From: a virus
Lineage: Duplodnaviria > Caudoviricetes
Virus record (IMG/VR): IMGVR_UViG_3300027734_000097
Coordinates: 1 to 53,244 of that record
Direction: 5' to 3' (one strand)
DNA: 53,244 nucleotides
Below, piece by piece: positions 9,037 through 18,361 of the stretch (positions within the stretch are counted from its first letter, which is position 1; each line of letters starts with the position of its first letter). The notes under the pieces were generated by a model. It was not told where the DNA came from. It did not search any database and saw only the letters and a list, made by a program, of their open reading frames with translations. The position numbers and the translations under genes were made by a program.

Positions 9037-9191
9037 TGGAAATCACAAAAGACTTTCTTTTGTCTGAGATTAAGCGTCTTGAGGCAGAGCGTAACCAAGC
9101 ATCTAGTTTTGTTACAGCTTCTCAGGGCGCCATCGATGCATATACTGCGTTGGTGGAAAGATTAGACGTTAAAGAAGAAAAAGGAGAATAA
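9036..9191 (+). CDS. Small coiled-coil hypothetical protein (51 aa, MEITKDFLLSEIKRLEAERNQ...KEEKGE)
   Basis: Not in the track; TAATG-coupled to the upstream gene, fills the gap to 9193 exactly; could be a chaperone for the upstream fibre-like protein. Confidence 0.75.
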   Translation: MEITKDFLLSEIKRLEAERNQASSFVTASQGAIDAYTALVERLDVKEEKGE

Positions 9192-9192
9192 T

Positions 9193-9705
9193 ATGTCGAT
9201 GCAATATGATGTAAAACAAGCACACTTAAATTCTAGTGGCTATTTCGTAAACTACCCTGTACGTGTTAAAGGTGTATCATTTGCAGGTGCAGCTACTGCT
9301 GGATATATAACTTTATTTGATACGTCTTCAACACCTGTTTCATCAAGTGTAACATATGCACAAACAGCTAATACTGTAACAGTAACTAAAACTGCACACG
9401 GTTTATCTACAGGCGATGTTATTGGTATTCACTTCCTATCAAATTCTGGTGTTTCAGCTACTGATGGTACATATTCTATTACTAAAACAGGCGCAGATAC
9501 ATTTACCCTTACAGATATTAACTCGCGTAGTATTACTAGCACTGCAGCCGTATATGCTGTCGGTAAATGGTTACTTACTTATGAAACTGTAGCTACTGAT
9601 ATATTTACTAATGTTCCGTTCATTCCAGGTGAAGGCATAAGAGCTGAAACAGGTGTATATGCTTACATGGTTAATATGGATGCGGCACAAATAATTTATG
9701 GCTAA
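9193..9705 (+). CDS. Probable structural protein with an inserted beta domain (VTVTKTAHGLSTGD type)
   Basis: AAGGAG RBS; Thr-rich insert resembling the beta-barrel segments common in phage tail proteins. Confidence 0.65.
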   Translation: MSMQYDVKQAHLNSSGYFVNYPVRVKGVSFAGAATAGYITLFDTSSTPVSSSVTYAQTANTVTVTKTAHGLSTGDVIGIHFLSNSGVSATDGTYSITKTGADTFTLTDINSRSITSTAAVYAVGKWLLTYETVATDIFTNVPFIPGEGIRAETGVYAYMVNMDAAQIIYG

Positions 9706-9961
9706 CAAGAAAAAAGGTCCTAGCTTAGCTATCGGACGCGGTGAAAAACTTCCTGTATCGAAAGGTGCAGGACTCACGGCTAAAGGTCGTGCTAAATATA
9801 ATGCAGCAACGGGGTCTAATTTAAAAGCTCCGCAACCTCAAGGTGGTCCACGTAAGAAGTCATTCTGTGCAAGGATGTCTGGTATGCCTGGTCCGATGAA
9901 AGATGAAAAAGGTAGACCTACTAGGAAAGCCGCATCACTAAAAAGGTGGAATTGCAAATGA
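9698..9961 (+). CDS. Small basic conserved phage protein
   Basis: GAGLTAKGRAKYN...SNLKAP...RKKSFCARMSG...SLKRWNC pattern; very Lys/Arg-rich. Confidence 0.75.
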   Translation: MANKKKGPSLAIGRGEKLPVSKGAGLTAKGRAKYNAATGSNLKAPQPQGGPRKKSFCARMSGMPGPMKDEKGRPTRKAASLKRWNCK

Positions 9962-10176
9962 GTACAGAACGAGAACTAGCAGAACACGGTGTTGAAATTA
10001 AACACATTCAAGCGGATGTAGATACTATTATGGAAGATATGGATCAATTAAAAGCTCGATTAGATAGTATTGAAAAGACACTAGAAGAAATTAAGGGTGG
10101 CTGGAAAGTATTTATTTTTATTGCTGGTTTAGGATCAGCATTTATTAGTTGGTTAGTTACCCATTGGTTTAAGTAG
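9958..10176 (+). CDS. Coiled-coil protein with C-terminal transmembrane helix (XhlA/holin-like)
   Basis: ATGA overlap with the previous gene; heptad repeats followed by hydrophobic WKVFIFIAGLGSAFISWLV. Confidence 0.7.
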   Translation: MSTERELAEHGVEIKHIQADVDTIMEDMDQLKARLDSIEKTLEEIKGGWKVFIFIAGLGSAFISWLVTHWFK

Positions 10177-10184
10177 GAGTTTAT

Positions 10185-10412
10185 ATGAAAGCTTTTATAG
10201 ACAGAATATTTAAAAAAAGGAAACACGATGCTGAACAAATTGAAGAAAATAAAGCAATACTTATCAAACAAATTGAAACATCTATCAAAGAAGTTGTAGA
10301 AGAAGTAAAAGAAGAATTAAAAGAAGCAGAAGTTTTTACAAAACCCGGTCATTACTTTAATGATTGTAACTGTGTAAAATGTGTAAGATGGAGAAACCAA
10401 GATGCCAAGTAA
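10185..10412 (+). CDS. Hypothetical protein with C-terminal H/C cluster
   Basis: AGGAG RBS; acidic coiled coil followed by HYFNDCNCVKC, a possible metal site. Confidence 0.65.
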   Translation: MKAFIDRIFKKRKHDAEQIEENKAILIKQIETSIKEVVEEVKEELKEAEVFTKPGHYFNDCNCVKCVRWRNQDAK

Positions 10413-10800
10413 ATCTAAAGCACAACGTAATCTAATGGCAGCCGCAGCTCACAATCCTGCGTTTGCTAAAAAGGTAGGGGTTCCTGTGGCAGTTGCGCAG
10501 GAGTTTAATAAAGCCGATAAAGGCAAAAAATTTGGGAGTGGTGGTATGGCTAAATCAGATATGAAAGAAGATACAAAGATGGACAAAACACAAGACAAGG
10601 CTATGATTAAAAAAGCTTTTGCTCAACATGATGCACAAGAACACAAAGGTGGCAAAGGTACTAAGTTAGCTCTTAAAAAAGGTGGTATGGCTAAGAAAAT
10701 GAGTAAAGGATGCGGTTATGTTTCTGGCGGTAAAGTATCTCAACTAGCTAAAGCTAATGGTATTGCTATTAAAGGTAAATCAAAAGGAAGGAACGTTTAA
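10402..10800 (+). CDS. Small basic protein (putative internal head protein)
   Basis: MPSKSKAQRNLMAAAAHNPAFAKKVG start; several KKGG/SGG motifs; ends ANGIAIKGKSKG. Confidence 0.75.
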   Translation: MPSKSKAQRNLMAAAAHNPAFAKKVGVPVAVAQEFNKADKGKKFGSGGMAKSDMKEDTKMDKTQDKAMIKKAFAQHDAQEHKGGKGTKLALKKGGMAKKMSKGCGYVSGGKVSQLAKANGIAIKGKSKGRNV

Positions 10801-11212
10801 TCATGGCTAAAGATAAATTTGACAAGGCTTTTGAAGATATGAAATCAGGTAAAATTCAAGGACCTACAAATGATGATATGAGTCCTCGACAAAAAGAGAC
10901 TCTTACAACTAAAGACGATATAGCTAGAAATGAAATGGCTGCAGAAAAAAAAGATAAATATCTAAAAAGTTATGGCACTGGTTTAAAAGATAGTTTGTCT
11001 GACTATAAACGTAGGGGTGATCTTGGTATTGCTATGGGCAGGACTGTAAGCCCAGAAGGACAAGGTTATGAAGAGATGCGCGATGCTATTAGATCAGAAA
11101 GAAAAAAATCTGGCATGCCAGCTGTAGAAGATAATATGAAAAAAGGTGGTACTATCAAAGCTAAAAAAATGGCTTCAGGTGGTAAAGTATCTCAATTAGC
11201 TAAAGCTAATGG
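10729..11212 (+). repeat. Dispersed 32-bp direct repeat (10729-10760 and 11181-11212)
   Basis: GGTAAAGTATCTCAA(C/T)TAGCTAAAGCTAATGG, 31/32 identical, encoding GKVSQLAKANG in two adjacent genes. Confidence 0.9.
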
Positions 11213-11252
11213 CTGCGCTGTTCGTGGTAAAACTAGAGGAAAGATCTGCTAA
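10803..11252 (+). CDS. Small charged protein, C-terminus paralogous to the upstream gene
   Basis: Ends MASGGKVSQLAKANGCAVRGKTRGKIC, near-identical to the end of 10402..10800. Confidence 0.75.
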   Translation: MAKDKFDKAFEDMKSGKIQGPTNDDMSPRQKETLTTKDDIARNEMAAEKKDKYLKSYGTGLKDSLSDYKRRGDLGIAMGRTVSPEGQGYEEMRDAIRSERKKSGMPAVEDNMKKGGTIKAKKMASGGKVSQLAKANGCAVRGKTRGKIC

Positions 11253-11512
11253 TGAGACCTTCACGTGGTATGGGCGCTATAAAGAAAACTAAAATACCTA
11301 GTGCTACTGAGAATAAAATGCCTAAAGGCGTCGTTAAAAAACGTCGTGATAATACTGACTTTACTCAGTTTAAAGAAGGTGGACCTGTAGGACTATATGC
11401 AAATATAAATGCTCGTAAGCAAAAAGGCATTTCACGTCCTAAATCAAAGTCTACAATAGATCCTAAAGCGTATGCAAACATGAAAGCAGGATTTCCTAAA
11501 AGGAAAAAATAA
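11252..11512 (+). CDS. Small basic protein
   Basis: TAATG coupling at both ends; MRPSRGMGAI start, FKEGG and GLYANINARK motifs. Confidence 0.75.
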   Translation: MRPSRGMGAIKKTKIPSATENKMPKGVVKKRRDNTDFTQFKEGGPVGLYANINARKQKGISRPKSKSTIDPKAYANMKAGFPKRKK

Positions 11513-12462
11513 TGGTAGATAGAACCACAGGCACCACGAGTTTTAACTTAGATTTAAATAACCTCGTTGAAGATGCATTTGAACGTTGCGGCCAAGAGTT
11601 ACGTACTGGGTATGATCTACGTACTGCACGTCGTTCTTTAAACTTACTTACTATTGAGTGGGCTAATCGCGGTATTAATATGTGGACTGTTGAACCTGGT
11701 CAAATTCAGTTAAACCAAGGTCAAATCATGTATGCGTTGCCTACAGATACAATCGACTTACTTGACATGGTGACTAGAACTGGCACAGGTCAGAACCAAC
11801 AAGATATTAATATTAGCCGCATTTCTGAATCTACCTACATTACAATCCCTAATAAAAATGCAACAGGTCGTCCTATTCAAGTGTGGATTAATAGACAGAG
11901 TGGTCAAGAGAACCCTACTGATTTATATACTGACGGTGCCGTTACTTCTACAGCGACTACGATTAACTTAACTTCTATTGTAGGTTTAGCTCAGTTTGGC
12001 TTTATTAGGTTAGATAACGAAACGATTCAATATGGTGGTGTTACAACGACAACAAGTGGCTCTACAACATATTACCAATTAACTGGATGTATACGTGGTG
12101 TTAACAATACGGTAGCTGCAACTCATACAACCGCTACTAGAGTATTTGTACAGAACTTACCTACTGTAAATGTATGGCCAGCACCTGAACAAAGTAATTT
12201 TTACCAATTTGTATATTACAGATTAAGACGTATTCAAGATGCAGGCAATGGATTGACAGTTGAAGATATTCCGTTTAGATTTATTCCTTGTATGGTTGCA
12301 GGTTTAGCTGCGTATTTAAGTATGAAATTACCTAATGTGTCTCCTGATAGAATTGCAATGTTAAGAGCTGATTATGAAGCAGCATTCCAATTAGCAGCTG
12401 ACGAGGATCGTGAAAAAGCGCCTATAAGATGGGTACCACGCGAACAGTTTTTTAGGGGCTAA
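11512..12462 (+). CDS. Probable head-tail adaptor/tail tubular protein
   Basis: DLRTARRSLNLL...WANRGINMW N-terminus, VWPAP and DIPFRFIPCMVAGLA motifs; helical ends flanking a beta core with a Thr-rich insert. Confidence 0.65.
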   Translation: MVDRTTGTTSFNLDLNNLVEDAFERCGQELRTGYDLRTARRSLNLLTIEWANRGINMWTVEPGQIQLNQGQIMYALPTDTIDLLDMVTRTGTGQNQQDINISRISESTYITIPNKNATGRPIQVWINRQSGQENPTDLYTDGAVTSTATTINLTSIVGLAQFGFIRLDNETIQYGGVTTTTSGSTTYYQLTGCIRGVNNTVAATHTTATRVFVQNLPTVNVWPAPEQSNFYQFVYYRLRRIQDAGNGLTVEDIPFRFIPCMVAGLAAYLSMKLPNVSPDRIAMLRADYEAAFQLAADEDREKAPIRWVPREQFFRG

Positions 12463-12465
12463 GTA

Positions 12466-12894
12466 ATGCCAACCAATTACGCAAGCGCCAAGAACTCGAT
12501 TGCCCAATGTGATCGATGTGGATTTAGATACAAACTAAAAGAACTTAAACGCTTAGTTATTAAGACAAAAAATGTTAATATACTAGTGTGTCATGAATGC
12601 TGGGAACCGGATCAACCACAATTACAACTTGGTATGTACCCAGTTAACGATCCGCAAGCAGTACGTAATCCAAGACCTGATTTAGGTTATTATGAGTCTG
12701 GTTTAAATGGGTTACAGACAAACGAAACAACAGGGACTTCTACATCACAAACAGGTGTTCCTTTAATGGGTAGTAGAGTCATACAATGGGGCTGGAATCC
12801 AGTAGGTGGAGCTAGTTATTTCGATGCACCATTAACACCTAATTACTTAGTAGGAACAAGTGTATTGGGTGATGTAACAATATCAATATCTTAA
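12466..12894 (+). CDS. Zn-ribbon protein of the virion module
   Basis: CDRC...CHEC pair followed by DPQAVRNPRPD. Confidence 0.7.
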   Translation: MPTNYASAKNSIAQCDRCGFRYKLKELKRLVIKTKNVNILVCHECWEPDQPQLQLGMYPVNDPQAVRNPRPDLGYYESGLNGLQTNETTGTSTSQTGVPLMGSRVIQWGWNPVGGASYFDAPLTPNYLVGTSVLGDVTISIS

Positions 12895-12905
12895 GGAGAA
12901 ACAAA

Positions 12906-13100
12906 ATGGCATTTAAATCAGGCGCAGACGGTATTACCAAACAAGGTAAAACTAAAGGTCGTAACTTAGGTGACGACGGAGCTAAAGTAGCTATTGAAAC
13001 AGGTCCAAAACATTCAGGTTCTAAAGGCGGTAAAAAGAACATTGATATGAAAACTATGGGACGTGGTATGGCTAAAGTTGCAGCACAGAAAAAAGGATAA
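12906..13100 (+). CDS. Small basic protein
   Basis: AAGGAG RBS; ADGITKQGKTKG motif related to the C-termini of the 10402 and 10803 products. Confidence 0.75.
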   Translation: MAFKSGADGITKQGKTKGRNLGDDGAKVAIETGPKHSGSKGGKKNIDMKTMGRGMAKVAAQKKG

Positions 13101-13105
13101 TTATC

Positions 13106-13456
13106 ATGGCAAAAAACGACTTTCCAAAACCAACACCAGCAGAATCATATCCGCTAGGTCACGCTAAAGAAAACAAAGACGCTAGTGAATACACTGGATT
13201 TAAATATCCATCAGGTGGTACTGGCGATGATCTTAATGTTTATAAACAACCGATGCCTAATCCAAACGGTACAGACATTGGCTTTTCTCAAGACCCTAAC
13301 AAGTTAAGAGCTCAAGACTTAGATCAAAGTACAGGTAGACAACGTGTAAGCGCAGGTGATCCAGCGTCTAAGAAAATTAATAGACATGGTGAAAAAACTA
13401 TGCGTGGTTACGGTGCAGCTACTAAAGGCATCAAAACAAGAGGCCCGATGGCGTAA
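13106..13456 (+). CDS. Small hypothetical protein
   Basis: AAGGA RBS; ends MRGYGAATKGIKTRGPMA. Confidence 0.75.
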   Translation: MAKNDFPKPTPAESYPLGHAKENKDASEYTGFKYPSGGTGDDLNVYKQPMPNPNGTDIGFSQDPNKLRAQDLDQSTGRQRVSAGDPASKKINRHGEKTMRGYGAATKGIKTRGPMA

Positions 13457-13459
13457 TAA

Positions 13460-14095
13460 ATGACGTACACTGAACTTGTCGCACAAATACAGGACTACAC
13501 AGAAAATACGTTTACTACAACGGATATAAACACGTTTATAACCCAAGCAGAACAACGTATTTACAACACGGTCCAATTACCTGCACTACGCAAAAATGTG
13601 ACAGGTTCGTTAAGTACTGGCAATAAGTATTTAGCTATGCCTTCTGATTGGTTAGCTACATTTAGTTTAGCTGTTATTAATACAGACAACGAATACTTAT
13701 ATCTCTTAAACAAAGATGTGAACTTTATTAGGCAATCATTTCCTGATACTGATTCAGCTTTTTATGGTGAACCACAATACTATGCGGTGTTTAACTCTAC
13801 ATCGTTTATTGTAGGCCCAACACCTGATGCTAATTACTCAGCAGAACTTCATTATTTCTATTACCCTGAGTCAATTACTACAGCAGGCACTTCATGGATA
13901 GGTAATAACTTTAGCTCCGTGCTTCTTTATGGGTCTTTATTAGAGGCTTATACTTATATGAAGGGCGAAGCAGATGTGATGGCTACTTATAAATCTCGTT
14001 ATGATGAAGCAATGTTATTACTCAAACAACTTGGTGATGGCAAAGATAGACAGGATGCATACAGATCAGGTCAAGTTAGATACCCAGTTCAATAA
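13460..14095 (+). CDS. Probable head-tail adaptor (tail tubular A-like)
   Basis: MTYTELVAQIQDY...FITQAEQRI, GPTPD, LLYGSLLEAY pattern typical of podovirus adaptor proteins. Confidence 0.7.
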   Translation: MTYTELVAQIQDYTENTFTTTDINTFITQAEQRIYNTVQLPALRKNVTGSLSTGNKYLAMPSDWLATFSLAVINTDNEYLYLLNKDVNFIRQSFPDTDSAFYGEPQYYAVFNSTSFIVGPTPDANYSAELHYFYYPESITTAGTSWIGNNFSSVLLYGSLLEAYTYMKGEADVMATYKSRYDEAMLLLKQLGDGKDRQDAYRSGQVRYPVQ

Positions 14096-14106
14096 AGGAA
14101 ACTAAA

Positions 14107-14562
14107 TTGTCAATCGGCCAAACATTAACAACAAGTTTTAAAGTTCAAATTTTAGATGGTATACATAATTTTGGTGTGGGCGTTATTCGTGCAACTACTG
14201 CGGCGGATACATTTAAGATAGCTTTATACAGTACATTAGCTACACTTAACTCTACAACAACAGAGTATACAACACAGGATGAAGTTACAGGTACAGGCTA
14301 TACAGCAGGGGGTAACACATTAGTTATATCTCAAGCGCCTACCTCAACAGATACTGAAACAGTGGCATGGTTAAACTTTGAGAATTCAAGTTGGGCTAAC
14401 GCTACCTTTTCAGCAGACGGTGCTTTAATATATAATAGCACTCAAGGTAACAAAGCAGTAGCAGTGTTAAACTTTGGAAGTACTAAAACTACGGCCAATC
14501 AAACTTTTACAGTAACATTCCCGGCGTCTACATCAAGCGCTGCACTTATAAGGATCACATAA
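14107..14562 (+). CDS. Virion structural protein (tail-associated)
   Basis: TTG start after AAGGA; FKIALYS, GTGYTAGGNTL, GALIYN, AVAVLNFG motifs. Confidence 0.7.
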   Translation: MSIGQTLTTSFKVQILDGIHNFGVGVIRATTAADTFKIALYSTLATLNSTTTEYTTQDEVTGTGYTAGGNTLVISQAPTSTDTETVAWLNFENSSWANATFSADGALIYNSTQGNKAVAVLNFGSTKTTANQTFTVTFPASTSSAALIRIT

Positions 14563-15990
14563 ATGACAACAGTATCTTCTGTTTTTTCAGAAGCACCGCA
14601 AGTTAAAGTAAGTAATGTAAGACCGTTAGAAAAAGATTTATATAAAATGATGTGGAACATACCAGAGTATAGACATGTAGCTCCTGGTGAACTCATCGCA
14701 CAAGAATTTTTGAATCAAGCTAAACCTCCTAAGGGGGCATCAGTCATAGACTTAGGATGTGGTACAGGGCGTGGCGCTCTTAACCTAGCTTTTTTTGGTG
14801 GCTTAGACGTCACTATGGTTGACTTCGCAGATAATTGTTTAGACGAAGATATTCGACCGATGTTAGAAACACAGAAGCATGCTATGCGATTTGTAGAGGC
14901 AGACTTATCTGAACCCCTACCTGTTAAAGCAGCTTATGGATTTTGTACGGACGTGATGGAGCATATTAGACCTCATCATGTAGATAAAGTATTAGATAAT
15001 TGTTTGGCTGCTTGTCAGCATGTTTTCTTTCAGATTGCTACTGAAGATGACTTAATGGGTAAAGTGGTAGGACACAAGCTTCATTTAAGTGTACATCCAT
15101 ATGAGTGGTGGCTAAAAAAGTTTATTGAACGAGATTGTGTTATTCATTGGTCTAAAGAGGCTAACGGATATTGCTTATTTTATGTAAGTGCTTGGATAAA
15201 AGGTGAAGATGTTGTCGAAAAAGGTGTTATTAATACTGACGACGAAACTATCAAAGCAAACGTAGAATACAACATTCAAAGAGGGTTTATGCAAGTTCAA
15301 CCTTATCCTACGAATGACCAAGAAGTTATGATTGTGGGTGGTGGACCATCATTGAGTGAGCACCTTGAAACTATTAGACAAAAGAGGGCTGATGGTGTTA
15401 AACTAATCACAATTAATGGGGCTTATAAATGGTGCCTTGACAATGGTATTACGCCTTCTGCTATGGTTATGGTAGATGCTAGACCTTTTAATGCACGATT
15501 TACTCAACCTATAGTGGATCATTGTAAGTATTTTATTGCTTCTCAGTGTGACCCTACTATATTTGATGGGCTTCCAAAAGACAGAACTTATATATGGCAT
15601 ACAAGCGCGGAATTGCTAAATGACATATTAGCTAAACATTATAAAACATGGTATCCAGTTCCAGGGGGATCTACAGTTCTTTTAAGATCAATACCGTTAT
15701 TTAGAATGTTAGGATTTAAACAGTTTCATCTCTTCGGATGCGATTCTTGTTTAGATGAAAAAGAAGTTCACCATGCATATGAGCAACAAGAAAATGATGG
15801 ACAGCCGATCATACCTGTAAACGTGGGCGGGAAAATATTCAGCTGCAATCCGTGGATGATCTCTCAGGCACAAGAATTTATTGATTTGATTCGTATGCTA
15901 GGAGATGAAATTGAATTAAACATTTATGGCGGGTTACTCCATCATATTTTAGAAACAGGCGCTTCATACGCCGACATAAAGGAGATTTAA
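14563..15990 (+). CDS. Class I SAM-dependent methyltransferase fused to a DUF115/Maf (MptE-like, glycosyltransferase-like) domain
   Basis: N-domain VIDLGCGTGRG, VDFA, CTDVMEHI; C-domain MIVGGGPSL, ITINGA, VMVDA, GGSTV...LGFKQFHLFGCDS. Confidence 0.8.
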   Translation: MTTVSSVFSEAPQVKVSNVRPLEKDLYKMMWNIPEYRHVAPGELIAQEFLNQAKPPKGASVIDLGCGTGRGALNLAFFGGLDVTMVDFADNCLDEDIRPMLETQKHAMRFVEADLSEPLPVKAAYGFCTDVMEHIRPHHVDKVLDNCLAACQHVFFQIATEDDLMGKVVGHKLHLSVHPYEWWLKKFIERDCVIHWSKEANGYCLFYVSAWIKGEDVVEKGVINTDDETIKANVEYNIQRGFMQVQPYPTNDQEVMIVGGGPSLSEHLETIRQKRADGVKLITINGAYKWCLDNGITPSAMVMVDARPFNARFTQPIVDHCKYFIASQCDPTIFDGLPKDRTYIWHTSAELLNDILAKHYKTWYPVPGGSTVLLRSIPLFRMLGFKQFHLFGCDSCLDEKEVHHAYEQQENDGQPIIPVNVGGKIFSCNPWMISQAQEFIDLIRMLGDEIELNIYGGLLHHILETGASYADIKEI

Positions 15991-15991
15991 T

Positions 15992-16450
15992 ATGGCTGCA
16001 TCAGCATGGCAATTATACAATAGTGCCAAAAAATATATAGGTAACGGATCGATCACTCTAGGAGCTGGCGTATTCAAAATGGTATTAGCGACAAGCGCAA
16101 GTAATGCATCAACATTTACTTTAACTGCTTACTCACAAATAACAAATGAAATCGCTGCAACAGGTGGTTATACAACAGGTGGTAAAAATTTAGTACCGGC
16201 AACGGCATACTGGACAGTAGGCGCTTCAGCAAAACAAATGAAGTTCACAATGTCTTCAGTAGGTTTAGCATTTACAGCTTCTGGTGCTTCATTGACTAAT
16301 ATTAAATACGCGATTCTACGTAACTCAACTGGTGCAACTGCTGGTAGATTACTATGTTTCTGCCAATTATCATCTAGTCAGTTTACTGTTACATCACCAA
16401 ATACATTGACAGTTTTACCTGCTGCTACCGGCATCTTTACCTTAACTTAA
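15992..16450 (+). CDS. Virion structural protein, distant paralog of 14107..14562
   Basis: FKMVLATS, EIAATGGYTTGGKNL, YAILRN, GIFTLT align with the motifs of the 14107 product. Confidence 0.7.
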   Translation: MAASAWQLYNSAKKYIGNGSITLGAGVFKMVLATSASNASTFTLTAYSQITNEIAATGGYTTGGKNLVPATAYWTVGASAKQMKFTMSSVGLAFTASGASLTNIKYAILRNSTGATAGRLLCFCQLSSSQFTVTSPNTLTVLPAATGIFTLT

Positions 16451-16459
16451 GGATAAGTC

Positions 16460-17284
16460 GTGGCAACAAGCGGCTGGGGACGCGGAACCTGGGGCTCTTC
16501 TGAATGGGGTATGGGCGAAGTAATATCGCCTAGTACTGGAGCTATTTCTAGTGCTATTACTTGGGGTAATAATGGATGGGGCGTAGATGCATGGGGAGGT
16601 TACCTTGCACCTTCAGTAGTTAATGGGCAAATTATTGTACCCTCAGTAGGAACTGTTTCAATAACAGGACAAAATCCTCAAGTTGTTACTAATGCTGTAG
16701 TTACACCAACAGGGGTATCGGTATTAACAGGGTCTGAACCTAGCGTTATAGTAAGCGGAAATGTAGTTACACCTAGTGTAGGAGCTTTATTATTAGCAGG
16801 TGTAGCGCCTTCTGTAGTAAGTGGTGTAATAATAACACCTAGTGTAAATAATTTAAATATTGAAATAAAAGCGCCTCTCGTAGTAAGAGGTACAGTATTA
16901 TCACTTGTTACAGGCACAATAAATCTACAAGGTATAGCACCTGATGTTATACAACAGAATAATGTATTTAAGACACCTGATACAGGAATATTAACATTAG
17001 TAGGCTCAGCACCATCAGCAGTTACAGGTAAGGTTATAACCCCGACAGGTGAATCTGTACTTATAGGATCATCACCAAGTATTCTAGTAACGGGCAATGT
17101 AGTCACACCAAATGTAGGCGCTGTAACATTAACAGGCATAGCACCAACAGTACTTACAGGTAGAGTAATAACGCCAGCAAGAGGAGTTTTAACATTAGTA
17201 GGTGGAACCTCTACACTAAGTAACCCGAATTGGAATGTAATAAATACATCACAAACACCTGGATGGGTGCAAATAGCAGCATAA
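16460..17284 (+). CDS. Tail structural protein with internal ~20-aa beta repeats
   Basis: GWGRGTWGSSEWG N-terminus; repeated (V/I)TP-x-(V/T)G-x-L-x-L-x-G-x-AP-x-V units; ends WNVINTSQTPGWVQIAA. Confidence 0.7.
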   Translation: MATSGWGRGTWGSSEWGMGEVISPSTGAISSAITWGNNGWGVDAWGGYLAPSVVNGQIIVPSVGTVSITGQNPQVVTNAVVTPTGVSVLTGSEPSVIVSGNVVTPSVGALLLAGVAPSVVSGVIITPSVNNLNIEIKAPLVVRGTVLSLVTGTINLQGIAPDVIQQNNVFKTPDTGILTLVGSAPSAVTGKVITPTGESVLIGSSPSILVTGNVVTPNVGAVTLTGIAPTVLTGRVITPARGVLTLVGGTSTLSNPNWNVINTSQTPGWVQIAA

Positions 17285-17332
17285 AAAACAAATAAATGTA
17301 GTAAAATATAGCAAACTATAAAGGAATTTATC

Positions 17333-18352
17333 ATGGCAAGTACATATTCAGCACTGAAAATAGAACTCATAGGAACGGGTGAGCAGTCCGGTACATGGGG
17401 CACGACAACTAACACTAACTTAGGCGATGCCGCACTGGGTGAAGCTATTACAGGTTCTGCTGATGTAGCCTTTTCTAGTGCAGATGTTACTGTTACGCTT
17501 ACGGATTCAAACGCTTCTCAAACAGCTCGAAACTTACGACTTAATTTAACTGGTACTTCAGGTGGTGCTCGTCAACTTATCTTAGGTTCTGGTTGTCAAA
17601 TTGAAAAACTTTATTTAATTAATAATGGTTTAGCAGACGCAGTTACAGTTAAAAATACAACGGGAACGGGGATTGCAGTTTCAGCGGGTAAATCCATGTT
17701 TGTATATAATAATGGCACTAACGTTGTTGATGCAGTAACTCAATTTAACGGCACTATAGCATTAGCATCAGGTGTAAGTGGTACCCTTCCAGTAGCTAAC
17801 GGAGGTACTGGAGCAACGACTCTTACAGGCGTACTTAAAGGAACCGGCACAACTGCATTTGCAGCGGCCACAGCGGGTACAGACTATGTAGCACCAGGTA
17901 CAGCCACATCTTTTACTGCTACACAAACATTTACCGGATCTACAACAGTCTTAGGTGCAATATTCCAAGATGCGGCAGAGGTTACAACAATTTCAGCTAC
18001 AGCTGCAGCGAGCACTATTCAATATGATGTAACTACACAATCTGTTCTATATTATACAACAAGTGCTTCAGGTAACTTTACTATGAACTTTAGAGGTAAT
18101 AGCTCAACATCTTTAGATACTTTGATGTCTACAGGCCAAGCAGTCACAGTTGTATTCTTATGTACTACAGGCGCAACAGCTTATTATAATAATGCATTAA
18201 CTATTGATGGCTCTTCAGTTACCCCTAAATATCAAGGTGGTACAGCATGGAGTGCAGGTAATGCTTCATCAATCGATGCTTATTCATACACAATCGTTAA
18301 GACAGGATCAGCTACATTCACAGTATTTGCCTCACAAACCCAATTTAAATAG
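17333..18352 (+). CDS. Tail fibre/fibre-base protein
   Basis: LKIELIGTGEQSGTWGTTTNTN N-terminus; GTLPVANGGTGAT fibre motif; T/A/S/G-rich. Confidence 0.75.
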   Translation: MASTYSALKIELIGTGEQSGTWGTTTNTNLGDAALGEAITGSADVAFSSADVTVTLTDSNASQTARNLRLNLTGTSGGARQLILGSGCQIEKLYLINNGLADAVTVKNTTGTGIAVSAGKSMFVYNNGTNVVDAVTQFNGTIALASGVSGTLPVANGGTGATTLTGVLKGTGTTAFAAATAGTDYVAPGTATSFTATQTFTGSTTVLGAIFQDAAEVTTISATAAASTIQYDVTTQSVLYYTTSASGNFTMNFRGNSSTSLDTLMSTGQAVTVVFLCTTGATAYYNNALTIDGSSVTPKYQGGTAWSAGNASSIDAYSYTIVKTGSATFTVFASQTQFK

Positions 18353-18361
18353 GAATTAAAT

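Noticed and set aside
16678-17415. 245-aa minus-strand ORF and similar antisense ORFs across the structural arm
   Set aside because: Shadows of codon-biased + strand genes; no RBS or recognisable motifs.
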